Shown: positions 1 through 4,457 of the stretch, in pieces
Layout: the number at the start of each line of letters is the position of its first letter
How positions within the stretch are numbered: the first letter of the stretch is position 1
Source of the DNA: a virus
Virus record (IMG/VR): IMGVR_UViG_3300045988_000249
Coordinates: 1-5,477 of that record
Strand: one strand, 5' to 3'
DNA length: 5,477 nt
Notes under the pieces: generated by a model
Databases searched by the model: none
Told to the model about the DNA's origin: nothing
What the model saw: only the letters and a program-made list of their open reading frames with translations
Made by a program: the position numbers and the translations under genes

Positions 1-55
1 CTGAAGCAGGAAGAAAAAAAGAAAGAGGTGAGCGAAAATAAACCGGAACGATGAA
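1..55. repeat. Terminal redundancy, left copy (assembly/linearisation artefact of a circular genome). It carries the last 17 codons plus stop of the 5090-5476 ORF.
   Basis: CTGAAGCAGGAAGAAAAAAAGAAAGAGGTGAGCGAAAATAAACCGGAACGATGAA is identical base for base to 5423-5477. Positions 1-54 translate to LKQEEKKKEVSENKPER*. Confidence 0.97.
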
Positions 56-79
56 ACACATTTCGCGCAAGTACCGCGA

Positions 80-1729
80 ATGCAAAGACCTCGCTCGAAA
101 TTCGACCGCGGACACCAGCTGCTGACGACCATCAACGAGGGCGAGCTAGTGCCTATCTATATGGACGAAGTGCTCCCGGGTGATACGGCAAGAATCCAGT
201 TAAACGGCCTTATTCGCATGAGTACGCCTATCTATCCCATCATGGATAACTGCTACATGGACACATACTTTTTCTTTGTGCCGTTACGTCTCTTGTGGGA
301 GCACTTTGAAAATATGTTCGGCGAGAACGACACAAATTACTGGGCAGAAAAAACAGAGTATTCTACTCCGACCTGCTCAATCGGCGGCACAAGCGGACTC
401 GCAAACGGCAGCATTGGCGACTACCTCGGATTACCGACCGAAGTAACCAACACACTGAAGGTGAACGCACTCCCGGCGCGAGCCTATGCGATGGTCTACA
501 ACGAGTGGTTTCGAGATGAAAATCTCGAAGCGCCGTTAATGCTGGGCTACAAAAAGTCGGATGACGGCGGGACGAACGCAGACGCCGGCAAAGAGACGTC
601 AAACGCAAACGCAATCGACAAAACGATCAACACCAACGAAGCAACGCTGTACGCGATGAAACCGGCGAAGGCAGGCAAATTTCACGACTACTTCACGAGC
701 TGTCTGCCTTCGCCTCTGAAAAATCAAGAGCCGGTCAACATAGGAATCACAGGAACAGCACCAGTCAAGGGCTACGACGCCAAAGGAACAAATCTAGCAA
801 ACTACGACTTAACCTTAGGATACTACTTACACAACGGCTCTTCTCAAGAACCGTCAATGAGCAACGACCAAAGCAACGACAAAAATGCAATACGAGTAGC
901 GGGAAGAAACGGCGACAGCGAAACGGAGGGAGCATACTACTATTTACAAGCAGACCTCTCCGAAGTAAATGCTATCAGCATCAACGACCTGAGGCAAGTA
1001 ATCGCACTACAGCACATATTCGAGGCCGATGCCAAAAATGGCACGCGCTACCGCGAATTCTTGAGCGGTACGTGGGGGGTGACGAGTCCTGACAGCCGTC
1101 TCCAGATCCCAGAATACATCGGTGGCCAGAGAATCGCTATCAATGTCAATCAGGTCATCCAGACCAGCCAGACGGACACACAGACCGGTCAGGCACTGGG
1201 CAATACGGCAGCATACAGTCTGACGACCTGTAGCAAAAAAATAGTGGACTACGCAGCGACTGAGTACGGATATATCATCGGTCTGGCAGTAGTACGAGTA
1301 GACCACAGCTACCAGCAGGGACTTGCAACCAAGTGGACACGCGGCGGCAGGTTCACGTACTACGACCCGCGACTCGCAGCACTGGGCGAACAGCCGGTAT
1401 ATAACCGCGAAATTTACGCGCAGGGCACAGAGAAAGACGGAGAGATATTCGGCTACCAAGAGTGCTGGGCCGACTACAGATATAAACCGTCTTACGTGAC
1501 CGGCGAAATGCGCTCAAACAGCAAAGCATCTCTGGATGCATGGCACTACGCGGACGACTACGACCAACTTCCGACACTGTCGGCAGAGTGGATTCAGGAA
1601 GGACGAGAAAACATTGACCGCACAATCGCGGTGACAGTAAGTCACCAGTTCCTTTGTGACTTCTGGTTTGAAGAAGAGTGGTGCCGAGAAATGCCTATCT
1701 ACAGCATTCCGGGAATCGAAAGAATTTAA
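80..1729 (+). CDS. VP1: Major capsid protein VP1 (Microviridae F/VP1 family). The 5' end is probably longer than the ATG80 call (see findings).
   Basis: 549-aa ORF. The N-terminal block RSKFDRGH..TT..GELVPIYMDEVLPGDT and the YFFFVPLRLLW motif are hallmark gokushovirus VP1 / phiX F-family motifs. Size is typical. There is no SD before ATG80. Confidence 0.95.
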   Translation: MQRPRSKFDRGHQLLTTINEGELVPIYMDEVLPGDTARIQLNGLIRMSTPIYPIMDNCYMDTYFFFVPLRLLWEHFENMFGENDTNYWAEKTEYSTPTCSIGGTSGLANGSIGDYLGLPTEVTNTLKVNALPARAYAMVYNEWFRDENLEAPLMLGYKKSDDGGTNADAGKETSNANAIDKTINTNEATLYAMKPAKAGKFHDYFTSCLPSPLKNQEPVNIGITGTAPVKGYDAKGTNLANYDLTLGYYLHNGSSQEPSMSNDQSNDKNAIRVAGRNGDSETEGAYYYLQADLSEVNAISINDLRQVIALQHIFEADAKNGTRYREFLSGTWGVTSPDSRLQIPEYIGGQRIAINVNQVIQTSQTDTQTGQALGNTAAYSLTTCSKKIVDYAATEYGYIIGLAVVRVDHSYQQGLATKWTRGGRFTYYDPRLAALGEQPVYNREIYAQGTEKDGEIFGYQECWADYRYKPSYVTGEMRSNSKASLDAWHYADDYDQLPTLSAEWIQEGRENIDRTIAVTVSHQFLCDFWFEEEWCREMPIYSIPGIERI

Positions 1730-1749
1730 GAGAGGACAAGAGAGGAGGA

Positions 1750-1775
1750 AGCCGGGCAAAGACCCGGCTATTTTT
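1750..1775 (+). terminator. Rho-independent terminator-like hairpin after VP1
   Basis: A 7-bp GC-rich stem AGCCGGG (1750-1756) / CCCGGCT (1763-1769) has the 6-nt loop CAAAGA and is followed by A-TTTTT (1770-1775). It lies 21 nt after the VP1 stop. Confidence 0.65.
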
Positions 1776-1777
1776 AA

Positions 1778-2635
1778 ATGAGTCTTTTATCATGGATGCC
1801 TTTTGTGATGCAGGGACTTAGTCTGCTGAGCAATGTCATCACAGGTTCAAACAGCTCAAGCGCAACAAGCAGTAACTTCGGCGGGCAGGAGTTCAGCAGC
1901 GGAAACGAAACAACAGCAGGAAGCCTAAGTGCTCCACAGCAAATCGGCTCAACACAAATCGGCACACCGACAGGCTTTGGGACATACAGCAATCAGGGAA
2001 GCGTGACCAATGCGAACATGATGAGCTTTATGAGTTCAATACTCAGCAACTTGGCGAACGCAGGAAGCCAAGCAAGCGCAAAAAAATACAACAGCGCAGA
2101 AGCGGCAGCAGAGCGAGCTTTTGAAAAGGAAATGCGAGGCACAGCATATCAGGACACCGTGAAAGACATGATTGCAGCGGGCATCAATCCGATACTGGCG
2201 GCGAACAACGGAGCAACGGCGACACCATCGGGGGCATCAGCAAGCATAGGAACACAGCGGTATAACCAGCAGAGCGCACAAGCGGCATCTGTCGCAGCGA
2301 TGTACGAATACGGCAACAACAGCGCAGAAATAGCGGACAAATACTTAGAGCTGGCGAAAAAGGCCACGAGTGCAAAGCAGTACCACTCGGCAAAAAGCTG
2401 GAATGAGGCAGCGACGACCCTTGCACAATCAAGCGCAAAGCAAGTAGCAGAGTACAGCTACATGGCAAATAAACTCGCGGACGACCTCCTAAACGCAGGA
2501 AAAGACCTCGGCAACGACGTGAGAAAAACTGTTGACGAAGGAGCGAGAAAGTGGAGCGGACACCTGAAGAATGTTCCACTAATGCCAAACGCAGCACCAA
2601 ACTTAAACCCAATGAAAGAGTATACAGGCGATTAA
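1778..2635 (+). CDS. VP2: Minor capsid / DNA pilot protein VP2
   Basis: 285-aa ORF directly after VP1. It has a hydrophobic N-terminus and a Ser/Gly/Ala/Gln-rich low-complexity body. The motif TAYQDTVKDMIAAGINPILA (nt 2141-2200) matches the (S)TAYQR..DMK.AGLNPMLA box I recall in Microviridae VP2/H-like proteins. Confidence 0.85.
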   Translation: MSLLSWMPFVMQGLSLLSNVITGSNSSSATSSNFGGQEFSSGNETTAGSLSAPQQIGSTQIGTPTGFGTYSNQGSVTNANMMSFMSSILSNLANAGSQASAKKYNSAEAAAERAFEKEMRGTAYQDTVKDMIAAGINPILAANNGATATPSGASASIGTQRYNQQSAQAASVAAMYEYGNNSAEIADKYLELAKKATSAKQYHSAKSWNEAATTLAQSSAKQVAEYSYMANKLADDLLNAGKDLGNDVRKTVDEGARKWSGHLKNVPLMPNAAPNLNPMKEYTGD

Positions 2636-2641
2636 ACAAAT

Positions 2642-2674
2642 TGTGGAAAACTTTAGTTTTCAACATTTTCCACA
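2642..2674. repeat. Inverted repeat / hairpin at the start of the VP2-VP4 intergenic region
   Basis: TGTGGAAAA (2642-2650) is the exact reverse complement of TTTTCCACA (2666-2674), giving a 9-bp stem. The 15-nt loop contains one GTTTTCAACA unit. Confidence 0.8.
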
Positions 2675-2820
2675 GAGTTCTCAACAGGAAAAACAACCAT
2701 AGCTGAGGACAAAAACAAGTTTTCAACATTTCAACAAGTTTTCAACAAAAGTTTCAACAAGAAAAGGGGCGATAATTATGCGTATCAAAGCTATAAATTA
2801 GTGTTTTCAACAGTTTCCAC
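2656..2820 (+). repeat. Iteron-like direct repeat array, core GTTTTCAACA
   Basis: Perfect 10-mers start at 2656, 2719, 2738 and 2803. Degenerate copies are GTTCTCAACA at 2677, TTTCAACA at 2729 and GTTTCAACA at 2751. The 18-mer GTTTTCAACA[T/G]TTTCCAC occurs at 2656-2673 and 2803-2820 (17/18 identical). I did not see the core elsewhere in the window. Confidence 0.9.
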
Positions 2821-2821
2821 G

Positions 2822-2840
2822 CTACTACTACTACTACTAC
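2822..2840. repeat. Trinucleotide microsatellite (CTA)6
   Basis: CTACTACTACTACTACTAC is six perfect CTA units plus C, in non-coding DNA between the last iteron and the AT-rich box. Confidence 0.95.
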
Positions 2841-2859
2841 AACAAGTTATATAATAAAG
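2840..2859 (+). promoter_or_regulatory. AT-rich box CAACAAGTTATATAATAAAG: candidate Rep nick site / origin core, or a -10 element (TATAAT 2850-2855)
   Basis: It loosely resembles the phiX174 origin core CAACTTGATATTAATAAC (recalled from memory), sharing CAAC..G..ATAT.AATAA. It contains a perfect TATAAT but has no recognisable -35 at 17 nt. Confidence 0.25.
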
Positions 2860-2939
2860 CGAGCAGAGCAAAACAAAACTAAGGTAAACAGCATCTACGC
2901 GCGCGCACACGCAGCATAAAGAGAAAGGAAGTGTCAACT

Positions 2940-2968
2940 GGCCCAAGATAGACAAGTAGGCTTGGGCC
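2940..2968 (+). promoter_or_regulatory. Hairpin immediately upstream of the VP4 start codon
   Basis: GGCCCAAG (2940-2947) pairs with CTTGGGCC (2961-2968), an 8-bp stem with a 13-nt loop. It ends 7 nt before ATG2976. No SD lies between the hairpin and the ATG. Confidence 0.6.
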
Positions 2969-2975
2969 AGATAAT

Positions 2976-3980
2976 ATGCCATGTACAAATCCAAATGTTT
3001 TTCAGATAAACACGACCAGACCGAAAATGTGGGGAAGTTTAAAAAACCTCAAACGCCAAGATCTAGAAGACACCATCATGGACGGCGTCAAAAAAGGAAA
3101 CCTCGCGCTATTACCCTGTGGACAGTGTGAGTATTGCAGAAAGCAAACAGCCGAACAATGGGCCACAAGAATTGAGCTTGAAGCAAAAAACTGGGAAGAC
3201 GTGATCTTTGTGACAATGACCTATGACGAGGAACACATACCTTATGGAGAAATCCTGAAAGGCTGCCAAAGTATCCAGTCTCAGACGGTAAGTAAAAGAG
3301 ACGTACAACTTTTTATAAAGCGTCTGAGAAAGGCATACAAGAAGCCGATAAAGTACTTCATAGCGGGCGAATACGGAGACAGAACAAAACGACCGCATTA
3401 TCACGGCATTTTTTTCGGATTAAAACCGGAGGATGGACAGTGGTACAAAAACCAGAAAGGCAACTCATACTTCAAAAGCCAGTGGTTAACAAACCTCTGG
3501 GGAAAAGGCTTTGTAGACTTCTCACCAGCGGAACCGGGTTCATACGCGTATGTGGCGCAATACGTCAACAAAAAGGCAATCGGCGCAGAACAGAGCGCAA
3601 AGTACTGGATGCAAGGCAGAGAGCCAGAATTTAGGATCATGTCCAAAGGCATCGGGGAAAAGTATCTTAAAGAGCACATGAACGAAATCCTAAAGACGGA
3701 CAGCATAACATGCGCCGGAGGGCGGCAGAAAAGACCGCCAAGGTACTTTGATAAGCTACTCGATAAGGATACCAGCCAAGACGCTGAGAGCTACTTCAAG
3801 GCCCATTCTGACGAGCTGAGAGAGGTACGAGCCAAGCGAAGGAGAAACGCGCTGCTAAGCCTCGCAAACATTGAGCAAAACACGAGCGTACCTTATTCAA
3901 CGTACCTCGAAATCCAGAAGGAGAAGAACAAACAGAAACAGAAGTGGCGTGAGCCAATAAAGGACCAATCCGGAATCTAG
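2976..3980 (+). CDS. VP4: Replication initiation protein VP4 (HUH rolling-circle endonuclease, phiX gpA family)
   Basis: 334-aa ORF. The N-terminus is MPCTNP...PCGQCEYCR, a Cys cluster typical of gokushovirus VP4. Motif 1 is FVTMTYDEE. The HUH motif is PHYHGIFFG (HYH = nt 3396-3404). The double-tyrosine motif is YVAQYVNKK (nt 3549-3575), compared with YVAKYVNK as I recall it from phiX174 gpA. Confidence 0.94.
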   Translation: MPCTNPNVFQINTTRPKMWGSLKNLKRQDLEDTIMDGVKKGNLALLPCGQCEYCRKQTAEQWATRIELEAKNWEDVIFVTMTYDEEHIPYGEILKGCQSIQSQTVSKRDVQLFIKRLRKAYKKPIKYFIAGEYGDRTKRPHYHGIFFGLKPEDGQWYKNQKGNSYFKSQWLTNLWGKGFVDFSPAEPGSYAYVAQYVNKKAIGAEQSAKYWMQGREPEFRIMSKGIGEKYLKEHMNEILKTDSITCAGGRQKRPPRYFDKLLDKDTSQDAESYFKAHSDELREVRAKRRRNALLSLANIEQNTSVPYSTYLEIQKEKNKQKQKWREPIKDQSGI

Positions 3981-3992
3981 CCTAAACATCAC

Positions 3993-4034
3993 GCCGTCCT
4001 CTCTTCGTCGGCTCACCAGAGCCGAACGGACGGC
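3993..4034 (+). terminator. Compound GC-rich hairpin after VP4 (possible terminator or ssDNA structural/origin element)
   Basis: The outer stem is GCCGTCC (3993-3999) / GGACGGC (4028-4034). The inner stem is TCGGCTC (4008-4014) / GAGCCGA (4019-4025) with the loop ACCA. No T-run follows, so it is not a canonical intrinsic terminator. Confidence 0.45.
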
Positions 4035-4095
4035 CCTAAATGTAAATGCAAGATTTATCTAATCTAAACTTTTTTACAAAAAACCTTGACTTCTT

Positions 4096-4119
4096 CAATA
4101 AAATTATCAATAAAATTAT
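4096..4119. repeat. Perfect tandem duplication of the 12-mer CAATAAAATTAT
   Basis: 4096-4107 equals 4108-4119. It lies in the AT-rich intergenic region just downstream of a TTGACT hexamer (4086-4091). Nearby are TAAATG x2 (4037-4048) and T6-AC-A6 (4070-4083). Confidence 0.9.
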
Positions 4120-4135
4120 GTACACCTTTACAGAA

Positions 4136-4164
4136 TTGACAGCCGGGAATTTGTCTGATAAAAT
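4136..4164 (+). promoter_or_regulatory. Near-consensus sigma70-type promoter with an extended -10
   Basis: TTGACA (4136-4141), a 17-nt spacer ending in TGA (TG at 4156-4157), then TAAAAT (4159-4164). The upstream region is AT-rich. It lies about 30 nt upstream of ATG4194 and is followed by a strong SD. Confidence 0.65.
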
Positions 4165-4193
4165 AAAAACAAAGAATGAAAGGAGGTAACACA

Positions 4194-4310
4194 ATGGCAC
4201 ATCGTAGCGGCGCAGGCCGTGGCGACCAGCGGCGTTTTACGCAGACCGCAAAGCGAACGAAAAACATCAACGTGCGTCCAAAGGTCAGCCGAGGCGGCGT
4301 TCGACTGTAA
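4194..4310 (+). CDS. Small arginine/lysine-rich DNA-binding (packaging) protein, phiX J / gokushovirus ORF8-like. It is not in the supplied ORF track.
   Basis: ATG4194 is preceded by GAAAGGAGGT (4178-4187) at 6-nt spacing. It encodes 38 aa, MAHRSGAGRGDQRRFTQTAKRTKNINVRPKVSRGGVRL*, with about 10 Arg/Lys, 1 His and 1 acidic residue. The C-terminal RGGxRL/F tail resembles ORF8-type proteins as I recall them. Confidence 0.65.
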   Translation: MAHRSGAGRGDQRRFTQTAKRTKNINVRPKVSRGGVRL

Positions 4311-4344
4311 TGCAGCACACAGAACAAAGAAAGGAGGTGAACCG

Positions 4345-4455
4345 ATGGACTTTAAGGAGACCATGGGCATCCTGATGAAAATCCTGGACATGGTAGACAA
4401 GATTTACCATGCAGTCGTGAAGAACGCAGAAGAAGAAGACGAAAGAGAGGAATAA
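4345..4455 (+). CDS. 36-aa hypothetical peptide: amphipathic helix plus acidic tail. It is the likely real gene inside the 78-aa track ORF.
   Basis: ATG4345 is preceded by GAAAGGAGGT (4329-4338) at 6-nt spacing, the same 10-mer and spacing as for ATG4194. The product is MDFKETMGILMKILDMVDKIYHAVVKNAEEEDEREE*. Its stop TAA (4453-4455) lies 2 nt before the GTG of the peptidase gene. Confidence 0.5.
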   Translation: MDFKETMGILMKILDMVDKIYHAVVKNAEEEDEREE

Positions 4456-4457
4456 AG

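Noticed and set aside
2778-2801. Mini-ORF ATGCGTATCAAAGCTATAAATTAG (MRIKAIN*) with a weak AAGGGG upstream, in the intergenic region.
   Set aside because: Seven codons with a marginal SD are indistinguishable from chance. No attenuator-like alternative structures are evident.
2656-2820. Could the repeated GTTTTCAACA units be a CRISPR array?
   Set aside because: The units are only 8-10 nt (18 nt at most). Spacers are 0-45 nt and irregular, copies are partly degenerate and abutting, and there are no cas genes. This is not CRISPR architecture.
2896-2913. 18-nt perfectly alternating pyrimidine-purine tract TACGCGCGCGCACACGCA (Z-DNA-prone, with a self-complementary GCGCGCGC core).
   Set aside because: It is real in the sequence but short. 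No function can be argued from sequence alone, and it could be incidental. It is noted only as part of the structured intergenic region.
4086-4116. Second promoter candidate TTGACT (4086-4091) with TAAAAT (4111-4116).
   Set aside because: The spacer is 19 nt, and alternative -10 hexamers at 17 nt (AATAAA) are poor. It is kept only as a remark within the control-region finding, not as a feature.
4046-4189. 47-codon plus-strand ORF (MQDLSNLNFFTKNLDFFNKIINKIMYTFTELTAGNLSDKIKTKNERR*) spanning the AT-rich region.
   Set aside because: It has no SD and its composition is AT-rich and atypical for the coding regions. It contains the tandem 12-mer and the near-consensus promoter, and it ends inside the SD of the next gene. 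It is better explained as regulatory DNA, though conservation in relatives would reopen the question.
4219-4455. 78-aa ORF from the supplied track (GTG start).
   Set aside because: Its 5' two-thirds overlaps the better-supported 38-aa J-like ORF in another frame, and no SD precedes GTG4219. A perfect SD (GAAAGGAGGT) sits inside it, 6 nt before ATG4345. The real gene is most likely only the last 36 codons.
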